Translations under genes and position numbers: made by a program
The notes under the pieces: generated by a model
Told to the model about the DNA's origin: nothing
Databases searched by the model: none
The model's input: the letters and a program-made list of their open reading frames with translations, nothing else
Assembly (NCBI GenBank): GCA_017383125.1
Contig: JAFNYY010000096.1
Span: 9,026 to 73,025, forward strand
Length of the DNA: 64,000 bases
Direction: 5' to 3'
Origin: Schwartzia sp. (in: firmicutes)
GTDB taxonomy: Bacteria > Bacillota > Negativicutes > Selenomonadales > Selenomonadaceae
In this document: piece by piece, positions 27,773 to 36,649 of the stretch
Layout of the letters: every line of letters begins with the position of its first letter
Position numbering within the stretch: position 1 is the stretch's first letter

Positions 27773-27846
27773 GGTTATATACTTGTAAAAATAGCTTTAT
27801 CTATCATAAAGTCGGTACTAAAATTCACATAAGGACGTAGTAAATT

Positions 27847-28779
27847 ATGCCTAAAAACGTGCGTGACATATTCAAGCAATTAAGTGACAAGCTTACATAC
27901 AGACACTGGATGATTATTGCCGGCGTTGTAAGCTGTATTTTGGGAATCCTCGTATACCTGTCGCTGGGCAGCGACTCGACGGATAATAAATCCCCCGTCC
28001 AGCTGCCCCAAAAGAAGATGGTCTGGGTTCTGGCCGCAAATAAAAACATCCCGCCCAGAGCCACCATTCAGGAGAATATGCTCACTCTTGTGGAGCTTCC
28101 CGAAGAATCTGTTCCGGAGGGTGCTCTATCCGACATAAAGGCAGTGAACAACCACCCCGCCGCCGTCATCATCATGAAGGGCGATATCATCACGAAGCAA
28201 AAGCTTATGAGCGATCCCAAAATGGCCGGCTTCACGGGAACAATCCCCCCCGAATGCCGTGCGATTTCCGTCGGTATCAGTGATGTGACCGGTGTGGCCG
28301 GCTTTGCCGCTGCCGGTGATTATGTCGATGTCATGGTTGTAACCGGCCGGAAGGAAGAAGGCCAGCTCGTAGGCAAGCTGGTACTGCAGAATGTCCTCCT
28401 TCTCGGCATAAACAAATCCGGCAGCGGTGCCAATGAAAAGCCCGCCAAACTGGACAGCGATAAAAACCAGGACAACTCCATCAAGGCCGCCAAAGAAGCA
28501 ATGGCTACCGCTACTCTGGCTCTGACTCCGGAGGACGCCCTGCAGCTTGCTACTACCGCACAAAACGGCGTCGTTTATCTGGCCCTGCGTCCATACAAGC
28601 CTAAGGAAGAGGTCGTCGTCGCTCACGACTATGTTGTTCATACCGAAAGGTCCGTTGAGCCGAGAAGGCCCTTACGGCCTCAGACCTCCGCACCTGCCGC
28701 CCGTTATCCGGCATCGTCCTCAGGCGGCTCAGTCGAAGTCATCAGAGGTACAACTGCCACAAGGGAAGGAGGGCGCTGA
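27847..28779 (+). CDS. cpaB: Flp pilus assembly protein CpaB/RcpC (SAF domain)
   Basis: 310 aa with an N-terminal TM segment. It has a SAF-like segment (VLAANKNIPPRATIQENML) and an RcpC segment (ISVGISDVTGVAGFAAAGDYVDVMVV). Confidence 0.85.
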   Translation: MPKNVRDIFKQLSDKLTYRHWMIIAGVVSCILGILVYLSLGSDSTDNKSPVQLPQKKMVWVLAANKNIPPRATIQENMLTLVELPEESVPEGALSDIKAVNNHPAAVIIMKGDIITKQKLMSDPKMAGFTGTIPPECRAISVGISDVTGVAGFAAAGDYVDVMVVTGRKEEGQLVGKLVLQNVLLLGINKSGSGANEKPAKLDSDKNQDNSIKAAKEAMATATLALTPEDALQLATTAQNGVVYLALRPYKPKEEVVVAHDYVVHTERSVEPRRPLRPQTSAPAARYPASSSGGSVEVIRGTTATREGGR

Positions 28780-28781
28780 TA

Positions 28782-30143
28782 ATGCTGAGACGAATAAGAA
28801 GACATCTTGAGCGCTTTCTATCCAAAAAGCTTCTGGCCGGTGCCGCGCTGGCTGTATTGCTGATGTCCGGCAACGTCAAAGCGGAAGCCGCTAAACCGGA
28901 GCAGCTTTATCTGGAAATGAACCAGGCCTACCATCTCTATCCCAGTGATGATGACCTGACTATCATCCGCGTAGCAGTCACCAATCCCGCCATCGCTGAT
29001 GTACGGGTTATAGATAACACCAGTCTGAACATCGTCGGATACAAGGACGGCTCTACCAGCCTGACTGTATGGTATTCCGACGAATCAATGGAAGACTACA
29101 ATATAACTGTTGCTCCCACTGATACGGGCTATGCCGATCTGATAAAGAGAATAATGAATGTCCCCGGCGTACAGGTCGAAAAAATCGCCGACCGGGTACT
29201 GCTCCGAGGCTCAGTCAATAACCAGTATCAGAAAAATCAGGCTCAGATGATTGCCGAAATGTTTGCCGATAAGGAGCATGTCATCAATCTTCTGAAAACG
29301 ACAAAGCCGCTTCAAATAAATCTGGCGGCTCTGGTTATCGATATTTCTTCAAACGATGCAAAAGACATAGGATTTTCTTACGGAAACTCCAATGTAGATA
29401 CAAATTCGAAAGGCAATGTCAGCGTCAGCGACATTACCTTTGGTACTGTCGGCACCTTCTACGGCGGTCAGAACTACCATCACATTTCCGGCAAGGTAGG
29501 TGCACCGGTAGATGTCATGCTCCGGGCACTCATCAGTCAGGGCAAGGCAGAAATTCTCTCCCGCCCCAACATTACTACCCTCAGCGGTGAGGAAGCCAAT
29601 ATCCTCATCGGCGGCGAAATCCCGGTACCTACCTCAAAGGACGGCGAAATCTCCGTCACCTGGCGTGACTACGGTATCAAGCTCAACATTGAGCCGACCT
29701 CTGACGATGCGGAGAACATAACCGCAAAGGTTCAGGCGGAAATCAGCACTCTGGACTATGCGCATCAGGTATCAACCTCGGCCGGCACGATTCCTGCCCT
29801 CACCTCACGCAAGGCCGGAACCTCCGTCAGCCTGAAATCCGGTACGGCACTGGCCATCGGCGGTCTTCTGAACAGCGAAGATGCCAAGACCGTAACAAAA
29901 ATACCTCTCCTGGGCGACATCCCCATCATCGGCCAGTTCTTCCGTCATACATCCACCAGCAAGGAAAAGAGAGAAATGCTCATCCTGCTGGTACCCAGTA
30001 TCGTAGATGAGTACACACCGGTGTCCACCACCGAAAAAATGGCTGACGTTCTTAACAAGAGCAAGCTTGAACAGGAAGCCATGCCCAAGGTTAATGTCAA
30101 CGCTCCGCCCAGCCGTAACGAAAAAGTAAGAAGAATGCCCTAA
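28782..30143 (+). CDS. rcpA: Tad secretin CpaC/RcpA
   Basis: 453 aa with a signal peptide. The secretin core reads ILSRPNITTLSGEEANILIGGEIPVP and VTKIPLLGDIPIIGQFFRHTSTSKEKREMLILLVPSIV. Confidence 0.9.
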   Translation: MLRRIRRHLERFLSKKLLAGAALAVLLMSGNVKAEAAKPEQLYLEMNQAYHLYPSDDDLTIIRVAVTNPAIADVRVIDNTSLNIVGYKDGSTSLTVWYSDESMEDYNITVAPTDTGYADLIKRIMNVPGVQVEKIADRVLLRGSVNNQYQKNQAQMIAEMFADKEHVINLLKTTKPLQINLAALVIDISSNDAKDIGFSYGNSNVDTNSKGNVSVSDITFGTVGTFYGGQNYHHISGKVGAPVDVMLRALISQGKAEILSRPNITTLSGEEANILIGGEIPVPTSKDGEISVTWRDYGIKLNIEPTSDDAENITAKVQAEISTLDYAHQVSTSAGTIPALTSRKAGTSVSLKSGTALAIGGLLNSEDAKTVTKIPLLGDIPIIGQFFRHTSTSKEKREMLILLVPSIVDEYTPVSTTEKMADVLNKSKLEQEAMPKVNVNAPPSRNEKVRRMP

Positions 30144-30153
30144 GATAAAGAAG

Positions 30154-30993
30154 GTGAAGGACATGATAGAGGATAAAATCAGTGGTGTCGTCATTACCTT
30201 TTTCAGCACCGCTTCTGCTGTCGGCAAAACCCTTATCAGTATAAATATGGCTGCCGAGCTGGCCAGACAGGGCTATCGTGTCTGTCTGGCTGATTTCGAC
30301 CTGCAGTTCGGCGATGTAGCAAATTATCTGCAGATGCAGGGTTCCACTACTGTTTACAATGCAGGTCAGCGACTTGCGGAAAACAGTGACTACCCACTGG
30401 AGGAGCTTGCCTCCGTGTGCACCTACAACGATGTAAGCTTCGGCGTCCTCGCTGCTCCGGAGGAGCTTTCACAGGCCTACAACTTTACCGCTGACACGGC
30501 CGAGCGGATAGTGAACCGCCTCCGGATGCACTATGACTATGTCATTATCGACACCACATCCATGTTCAGCGTGCTGAACCTTACTCTGCTTGATTTAAGT
30601 ACAATCATCACCTTCCTTGGGGTTGTCGATTTCATCCCGACCATAAAGAACATGAAAATCGGCAACGAAACTCTGCAGTCCCTTAACTACGACGCAAATA
30701 AAATCCGTCTGGTGCTGAACCGCAGCGACTCAGCTACGCAGCTCAGCATCCGGGAAGTCGAAGAAAAGACACTGGGCAGCTCCTTTTATCATGTCCTTTC
30801 CAATGATTTCCATGCCGCCAACGAGTCAGTCCAGACCGGGATCCCCCTCGTTCTCCGCAAGAACAACAATCAGCTGACAAAGGATTTGCGGCAGCTGGTT
30901 GCCCTCTATACGAATCATACCTATCAGGAAGACGCCGATTTTGACGAACCGACCCGAAAGTCCGGTGGCTGGTTCTCGAAGCTCTTTAGCTGA
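30154..30993 (+). CDS. ParA/MinD-like ATPase, TadZ/CpaE paralog without a receiver domain
   Basis: 279 aa. The P-loop region is VITFFSTASAVGKTLISINMAAELARQG. GTG 30154 or ATG 30163 could be the start. Confidence 0.7.
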   Translation: MKDMIEDKISGVVITFFSTASAVGKTLISINMAAELARQGYRVCLADFDLQFGDVANYLQMQGSTTVYNAGQRLAENSDYPLEELASVCTYNDVSFGVLAAPEELSQAYNFTADTAERIVNRLRMHYDYVIIDTTSMFSVLNLTLLDLSTIITFLGVVDFIPTIKNMKIGNETLQSLNYDANKIRLVLNRSDSATQLSIREVEEKTLGSSFYHVLSNDFHAANESVQTGIPLVLRKNNNQLTKDLRQLVALYTNHTYQEDADFDEPTRKSGGWFSKLFS

Positions 30994-31006
30994 GGTGGTT
31001 TAAGCT

Positions 31007-32128
31007 ATGCTATATAATGTACTGATTGTAGAGCGAAACAGATTATATCTGGAAAAAATGGCCGCCGTCATCCAGAGCCTGCCCGGCTTTGAGCTGGCTG
31101 CCCGTTTTCAGGAGCCGCTGGAAGCCCTCGGTCAGGGAAAGGTTTTTAAGCCAAACCTGATTCTCCTTGACATAGATATGGATGATGCCAGCTCTCTGGT
31201 CAAGGACTTTACCGAAGAATTCCCAAAAGCATCCATCGTCTGCACCGGTGAGAAATGGCAGGGTGACAGTGCCAGCCACTTCGTCAAAGCCGGCGCCCGC
31301 GGCTACCTGATTAAGCCCTTCACTGCCAATGAATTCAAATCGGCCATCGAAAGCTTTGCCAAAAGCGGCATGGAGTCCGCTTCTCAGGTACTGACCTTCT
31401 TCAGTCCCAAGGGAAAAAGCGGCAAGACCACTCTGGTGGCAAGCCTTGCCCTGGCACTGGCCAGAACCACCGGCGAACAGGTCGGCGTCATTGATGCAGA
31501 TTTACAGTTCTGCGATATGGGACTCTTCTTCAACCTTGACCCGGCCAGCACCATCGTGGAAGCAGTGCGGGATATAAATTTCCTGTCCCCCATCTCTCTA
31601 GCCTCTTACTTCTGTGAAGTAGAGCCAAATCTCCGTGTACTATGCGGCACGCGAAATCCAAGCCTTATCGACAGGGTGGACATCCCATCCTTTGAAGCTC
31701 TGATAAAAATGTCCCGGAGCCTTTTCCGCTATGTTCTGATAGATGTCCCGTCCGGCTTCTGCCCTACATCTATCGCCGCCGCCGAAATGTCCGATACGAC
31801 TTACCTTATGACCATGCTCAGCGGCACCTACGAGCTGCAGCATCTCAGCCGGGCAAGAGAAATGTTCCAGGACTGGGAAGATATTGATGAACGGCTGAAG
31901 GTAGTGATTACCCGCGTATCGCCCTGCAGCGAGAAGGAACGCCAGCGCCTCTCCAATGACCTGGGTTACTCTGTAGAGGCAATAATTCCCAACGAATACA
32001 AGCTGGTTTCTGAAGCAGCAAATGCGGGCCGCATTGCCCTTGATGTCGGCGGAGCTTCTCTCTTTTCCCTGGCTGTCGGACGACTGGCCGAATCCATAAG
32101 CCTTCACCATCATTGGGAGGCACCATGA
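31007..32128 (+). CDS. tadZ: TadZ/CpaE: receiver-like domain plus ParA/MinD-like ATPase
   Basis: 373 aa. The N-terminal REC-like domain includes VLIVERN...LILLDIDMDD...KAGARGYLIKPF. The ATPase part begins FFSPKGKSGKTTLVASLALALA. Confidence 0.8.
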   Translation: MLYNVLIVERNRLYLEKMAAVIQSLPGFELAARFQEPLEALGQGKVFKPNLILLDIDMDDASSLVKDFTEEFPKASIVCTGEKWQGDSASHFVKAGARGYLIKPFTANEFKSAIESFAKSGMESASQVLTFFSPKGKSGKTTLVASLALALARTTGEQVGVIDADLQFCDMGLFFNLDPASTIVEAVRDINFLSPISLASYFCEVEPNLRVLCGTRNPSLIDRVDIPSFEALIKMSRSLFRYVLIDVPSGFCPTSIAAAEMSDTTYLMTMLSGTYELQHLSRAREMFQDWEDIDERLKVVITRVSPCSEKERQRLSNDLGYSVEAIIPNEYKLVSEAANAGRIALDVGGASLFSLAVGRLAESISLHHHWEAP

Positions 32129-33096
32129 ATGTCCTGATCGCTTTCCTCACCTCTCTGCTCTGCTACATACTTTTTTACCTTTTCCTGCGCCGCCGGCAAG
32201 CCGCCAAAGAAGCCCTGCGCCAGCGGATGGCCAAGCTGGAAAACACAGGCAGTGGAGAATCACAGGACAGCTCCGATGAGGAAAACGGTATCGGTCTGCC
32301 CGCATTTCGTTTTGTCAAGATCATCGCTAAACAGCTCCGAAAAATTCACAACTACGCCGACCTTGACTTCCGGATGCAGCAGGCGGACTGGCCGCTGCTT
32401 GGCTCCGAGTTTATTGTTATTATATTTTCTATCGGCCTTCTGCTGGGAGGAATACTTTTTCTCCTGACGCTTCAGTCACTCAATCTTTTCCTCGGTATCG
32501 GGGTTGGCGTATTCTCCGGGTTGTTCTACCTGAGCAGAAGCATACGAATCCGACGGCAGAGATTTGTCAACCAGCTTGGTGACTGCCTCATGATGGTGGC
32601 AAATGCCCTGCGGGCCGGCTTCAGCTTCATGCAGGCCATGGAGCTTGTTTCCCGGGAAATGGATGCTCCTCTGGGCAGTGAATTCCGAAAGGTTATCGGG
32701 GAAATGAATGTAGGCTCTTCTCTGGAAAAGGCCTTATCCAATATGAGTAAGCGAATGGAATCATCCGACTTTGATTTAGTTGTGACTGCCGTACTAATTC
32801 AAAGACAAGTTGGGGGTAATTTGTCCCAAATTTTAGACACAATCAGTGATACCATTCGCGAGCGAATCCGGATGAAGGCGGAAATACTGACTTTGACCGC
32901 TCAGGGAAGATTTTCCGGTCTGATACTTTTGGCCTTGCCTTTTGTCGTATGTGGGTTTATAATGGTTATGAACCCAGGATATCTTCAGCCCATGCTAAGT
33001 TCTACCGCAGGGAAAATTGCCCTGCTTTTGGGTATGATTCTTGAGTTTATCGGGTATGTGATTATCAAGCGCATCGTAAATATCGACTGCGCATAG
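32125..33096 (+). CDS. tadB: Type II secretion F-family inner-membrane platform protein (TadB-like)
   Basis: The ORF is 32113..33096. The likely start is ATG 32125, which overlaps the upstream TGA (ATGA) and has GGGAGG 6 nt upstream. The T2SSF pattern is GFSFMQAMELVSREMDAPLGSEF. Confidence 0.85.
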   Translation: MNVLIAFLTSLLCYILFYLFLRRRQAAKEALRQRMAKLENTGSGESQDSSDEENGIGLPAFRFVKIIAKQLRKIHNYADLDFRMQQADWPLLGSEFIVIIFSIGLLLGGILFLLTLQSLNLFLGIGVGVFSGLFYLSRSIRIRRQRFVNQLGDCLMMVANALRAGFSFMQAMELVSREMDAPLGSEFRKVIGEMNVGSSLEKALSNMSKRMESSDFDLVVTAVLIQRQVGGNLSQILDTISDTIRERIRMKAEILTLTAQGRFSGLILLALPFVVCGFIMVMNPGYLQPMLSSTAGKIALLLGMILEFIGYVIIKRIVNIDCA

Positions 33097-33117
33097 GACT
33101 TTAGGGAGGTATGGAAA

Positions 33118-33312
33118 ATGAAAAAATTCATGGAAAAGTATCTTGGCAAAAAGGGTCAGGGAATGGTTGAGTACGCTCTGATTATTGCATTCGTTGTCGG
33201 TATTGCTGCTGTCGCATTCGGCGGTGAATCCGGTCTCGGCAAAGCAATTAAGGACACCTTCACAAAGGCAACTACCACTCTGAACACCCTTGCCGGCAAC
33301 AAAACGACCTGA
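33118..33312 (+). CDS. flp: Flp-family type IVb prepilin
   Basis: 64 aa. MKKFMEKYLGKKGQG/MVEYALIIAFVVGIAAVAF has the G/xxxxEY Flp processing motif and a hydrophobic helix. Confidence 0.9.
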   Translation: MKKFMEKYLGKKGQGMVEYALIIAFVVGIAAVAFGGESGLGKAIKDTFTKATTTLNTLAGNKTT

Positions 33313-33363
33313 TAAAGCAACTATATTATTGAAGGATAACGGGAACGAGTTGTCCTCCAAAAA

Positions 33364-33399
33364 GGCAGTCTTCTTACATCGGAGAAGACTGCCTTTTTT
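33364..33399 (+). terminator. Intrinsic terminator/attenuator immediately after flp
   Basis: GGCAGTCTTCT (33364-33374) pairs with AGAAGACTGCC (33383-33393) and is followed by TTTTTT (33394-33399). It lies inside the operon, ahead of tadE. Confidence 0.8.
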
Positions 33400-33420
33400 C
33401 ATAACAGAAGGAGGCTTGGC

Positions 33421-33876
33421 ATGAAAAACCAAAAAGGACAGGGCATACTGGAGTTTGCCATTATCCTGCCGCTGTTTCTTCTTTTATCTATCGGTGCCAT
33501 TTTCTTCGGCATGATGTTCGCCGACTATGTGGCTATCAACTCCATCGCCAGCCGCTCCGCCAGAGAAGCCTCACTGATAACCGCCAGCGAATACACGAGC
33601 TCCGGCTACAACTATGAAGCCATACGGCAGAAATTCTCTACTCAGACTATGCCGGCCGGCATTTACACCTGGGACTACAGCAAGGACAGCGATTTCCACA
33701 TCGAATACGATAAACCAAATCAGGCTGTACTGGTCGAGGTAACAGCCACCATAGATAAGACATCCGGTTTTTATCCGGCCGTGGGAAATCTCCTGGAGGG
33801 CAGTGCCTTGGAAAAGCTGACTGTCACCTATCGGATGTTCAGCGAAGAAAAGCTGCCGGATAAGCCGAGCGAATAA
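33421..33876 (+). CDS. tadE: TadE-like pseudopilin/minor pilin
   Basis: 151 aa. MKNQKGQGILEFAIILPLFLLLSIGAIFFG is a TadE N-terminal motif. Confidence 0.8.
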   Translation: MKNQKGQGILEFAIILPLFLLLSIGAIFFGMMFADYVAINSIASRSAREASLITASEYTSSGYNYEAIRQKFSTQTMPAGIYTWDYSKDSDFHIEYDKPNQAVLVEVTATIDKTSGFYPAVGNLLEGSALEKLTVTYRMFSEEKLPDKPSE

Positions 33877-33902
33877 CATTGAAATATTGAGGGGGTGAGC
33901 AA

Positions 33903-35282
33903 GTGTCAATACTAACAAGACTGGGCTGTAAGGACGGCGAAAATGTTCAGGTACGGATTTTCTCCGCAGGAAAAACCGAATCATCAGCCGACTCACTGAT
34001 GCAGCTAAAGCTAAAAATCCATCAGCACATTGTCGAAGAAATCAGTCCCGAGGAGCAGGCCATCCTGTCACAGGCCGGCCATGATTCACAGCAGGCCGAG
34101 GACATCATCGACCGTTATTTCCAGAGTGTACTGGAGGACAATCCCTTTGAAGTACCGATGGGTGTACGGCGCCGCATTATCCTCGACATGCGTGATGAGA
34201 TGCTTGGACTCGGCCCTATCGAGCCCCTGCGTAAGGATGACAGCGTCACCGAAATAATGATAAACGGCCCCCAGCAGGTATTCGTCGAGCGGCTTGGCAA
34301 GCTCCAGCTCACCAATGTACACTTCCACGATGACACCCACCTGATGAACATAATCGACAGGATTTTGACCCCCCTCGGCCGCCGCATCGACGAAGCATCT
34401 CCGCTGGTTGATGCCCGCCTTGATGACGGTTCCCGTGTCAATGTCATAATCCCACCGCTCTCGCTGGTTGGTCCATGTGTCACGATCCGCAAATTCTCCA
34501 AGACACCGTTCTCTGTAGAGAATCTCATCAGCTTCGGCACTATTGATGAGAAGATGGCCATGTTTTTACGGGGCTGCGTAAAGGCGCGAATTAACATTCT
34601 TGTTTCCGGCGGCACCGGCTCCGGTAAAACAACCACCCTGAATGTCCTGTCCTCCTTCATCCCCAACGACGAGCGCATCGTCACCATCGAGGACGCTGCC
34701 GAGCTGCGGCTGCAGCAGCAGCATGTTGTAACCCTTGAAGGTCGCCCTGCCAACATCGAGGGCAAGGGACAGATAACAATCCGCGATCTGGTTCGCAACG
34801 CCCTGCGTATGCGTCCCGACCGCATCGTCGTCGGCGAGGTTCGCTCCGGTGAAGCCCTCGATATGCTGCAGGCCATGAATACCGGACACGACGGCTCTCT
34901 GACCACCGCCCATGCCAACAGCCCCCGCGACGCCCTCAGCCGCCTGGAGACAATGGTACTGATGTCCGGCCTTGAGCTGCCGGTACGGGCAATCCGTGAG
35001 CAGGTAGCTTCCGCTATTGATATAATCATCCAGCAGTCCCGCATGAAGGACGGCAGCCGCAAGGTAACCCATATCACCGAGGTGCAGCACATGGAAGGCG
35101 ATACAATCACTACTCAGGACATATTCCGCTTTGAGCAGACAGGTCTTGACTCCGATGGCAAAATCCAGGGCTTCTTCTCCCCCACCGGACTGCTGCCGGG
35201 ATTCCTCGATAAATTCCGCCTCAGCGGCGTTACTCTGCCAGAAGGATTTTTTACACAGACAGGGACGGAGATGGACTACTAA
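33903..35282 (+). CDS. tadA: Tad secretion ATPase CpaF/TadA
   Basis: 459 aa with a GTG start after GAGGGGG. Motifs: Walker A VSGGTGSGKTT, Walker B RIVVGEVR, His box GHDGSLTTAHAN. Confidence 0.93.
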   Translation: MSILTRLGCKDGENVQVRIFSAGKTESSADSLMQLKLKIHQHIVEEISPEEQAILSQAGHDSQQAEDIIDRYFQSVLEDNPFEVPMGVRRRIILDMRDEMLGLGPIEPLRKDDSVTEIMINGPQQVFVERLGKLQLTNVHFHDDTHLMNIIDRILTPLGRRIDEASPLVDARLDDGSRVNVIIPPLSLVGPCVTIRKFSKTPFSVENLISFGTIDEKMAMFLRGCVKARINILVSGGTGSGKTTTLNVLSSFIPNDERIVTIEDAAELRLQQQHVVTLEGRPANIEGKGQITIRDLVRNALRMRPDRIVVGEVRSGEALDMLQAMNTGHDGSLTTAHANSPRDALSRLETMVLMSGLELPVRAIREQVASAIDIIIQQSRMKDGSRKVTHITEVQHMEGDTITTQDIFRFEQTGLDSDGKIQGFFSPTGLLPGFLDKFRLSGVTLPEGFFTQTGTEMDY

Positions 35283-36266
35283 ATGCTAAAGCTTCTTTTT
35301 TCTATCTCAGTAAGCGTCTTTGTCTTCCTCCTTATAACGGTGTATATTCGTAAGCTGGTATTGCCAAATCTGGAAGTACAGAAGCGTATGCGCGGTATCT
35401 CGCAGAATTCGGTGCAAAACAGCCCGGAAAAACTAAATACCCCTCAGCCAAACATAGACTGGCGCAGAAGGACTGCCGGACGAAATCTTGCTGACATCCC
35501 CTTCTCCCAGCGAGTCCTGCTGCCCTTTATACACTCCGCCGAGGGATATGTCCGGCTCCTCGCTCCGGCTGAAATATCAGCCATGATAGAGCGCAAGCTG
35601 ATTTTGGCGGGACTTCAATACAGCTGGACTCCGGGGCGGGTCATTGTCATCATGCTGATTCTTGGCGTGCTCACACTGGCCGCCGTCTCCTATCGACTGT
35701 ATCATGCCGATATGCTGATGATACAGAAAATCATCCTGACGACCATTTCCACCTTCTCTGCTGCCGCTATGCCTATCGTCATCCTGAACATAAAGATTGA
35801 AAGCCGCAAGAAGAAAATCTTCTACCAGCTTCCGGAGGTTCTTGACCTGCTAAGCGTCAGCGTTGAAGCAGGGCTCTCCTTTGACGGTGCCATGCGCCGT
35901 ATCGTCGACAGGATGACCGGCCCCCTTGTAGACGAATGCAAGAAGCTCATGGGCGATATCCGCATGGGCATGATTCGCAAAACGGCTCTGCAGAAGATGG
36001 CTGAACGCTGCGGTGTCGATGAGGTGTCTCTCTTCGTCACTTCCATTATTCAGGCGGAGCGTCTTGGTACCAGCATGGGCCGCACTCTGAAAATACAGGC
36101 AGATAATGTCCGGGAACGCCATCGTCAGTATGTCCGGGCCTTAGCTCTGAAGGCTCCGGTAAAAATTGTTTTTCCGCTGGTATTCTTTATCTTCCCCGCA
36201 CTGCTGATTGTAGCCCTTGGCCCGCCGCTAATCACCATCAGCCAAAGATTCTTAGGCGGCCGTTGA
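35283..36266 (+). CDS. tadC: Type II secretion F-family platform protein (TadC-like)
   Basis: 327 aa. T2SSF pattern LPEVLDLLSVSVEAGLSFDGAMRRIVDRM, with C-terminal TM segments. Confidence 0.85.
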   Translation: MLKLLFSISVSVFVFLLITVYIRKLVLPNLEVQKRMRGISQNSVQNSPEKLNTPQPNIDWRRRTAGRNLADIPFSQRVLLPFIHSAEGYVRLLAPAEISAMIERKLILAGLQYSWTPGRVIVIMLILGVLTLAAVSYRLYHADMLMIQKIILTTISTFSAAAMPIVILNIKIESRKKKIFYQLPEVLDLLSVSVEAGLSFDGAMRRIVDRMTGPLVDECKKLMGDIRMGMIRKTALQKMAERCGVDEVSLFVTSIIQAERLGTSMGRTLKIQADNVRERHRQYVRALALKAPVKIVFPLVFFIFPALLIVALGPPLITISQRFLGGR

Positions 36267-36649
36267 GGAATAAATTCATGGCAAGAATAAGCGAATACGA
36301 AATCAAAGGAGCTTCTGCCGAGAAAAAAAAATATCCGCTGCTTCGTCTTGAAGCAGCGGATAATTTTGTATCTCGTTTTCGGGGGCTGATGCTTCGCAAA
36401 TCCCTTGACGGCATCGACGGTCTGCTTCTCAGTCCCTGCAGCAGTGTTCACATGTGCTTTATGCGTTTTCCACTCGACATAGTGTATCTTGATGAAGACT
36501 ATCGCATCATCAAAATCGTTCCCCGGCTTAATCCGTGGCTGGGGGTGAGCTGCTGTCTCAGGGCGAAGGCTGCCATCGAGCTGGCTGCCGGAAGATCCGC
36601 TGAGCTGGGACTTACAGAAGGATGTTCAATCAATCCTCGTCCCAGGTAA
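36263..36649 (+). CDS. DUF192-family protein at the end of the tad operon
   Basis: 128 aa. FRGLMLRKSLDGIDGLLLSPCSSVHMCFMRFPLDIVYLDEDYRIIKIV fits my recollection of the DUF192 signature. It overlaps the tadC stop (4 nt) and the convergent tadG-like gene (20 nt). Confidence 0.65.
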   Translation: MRNKFMARISEYEIKGASAEKKKYPLLRLEAADNFVSRFRGLMLRKSLDGIDGLLLSPCSSVHMCFMRFPLDIVYLDEDYRIIKIVPRLNPWLGVSCCLRAKAAIELAAGRSAELGLTEGCSINPRPR

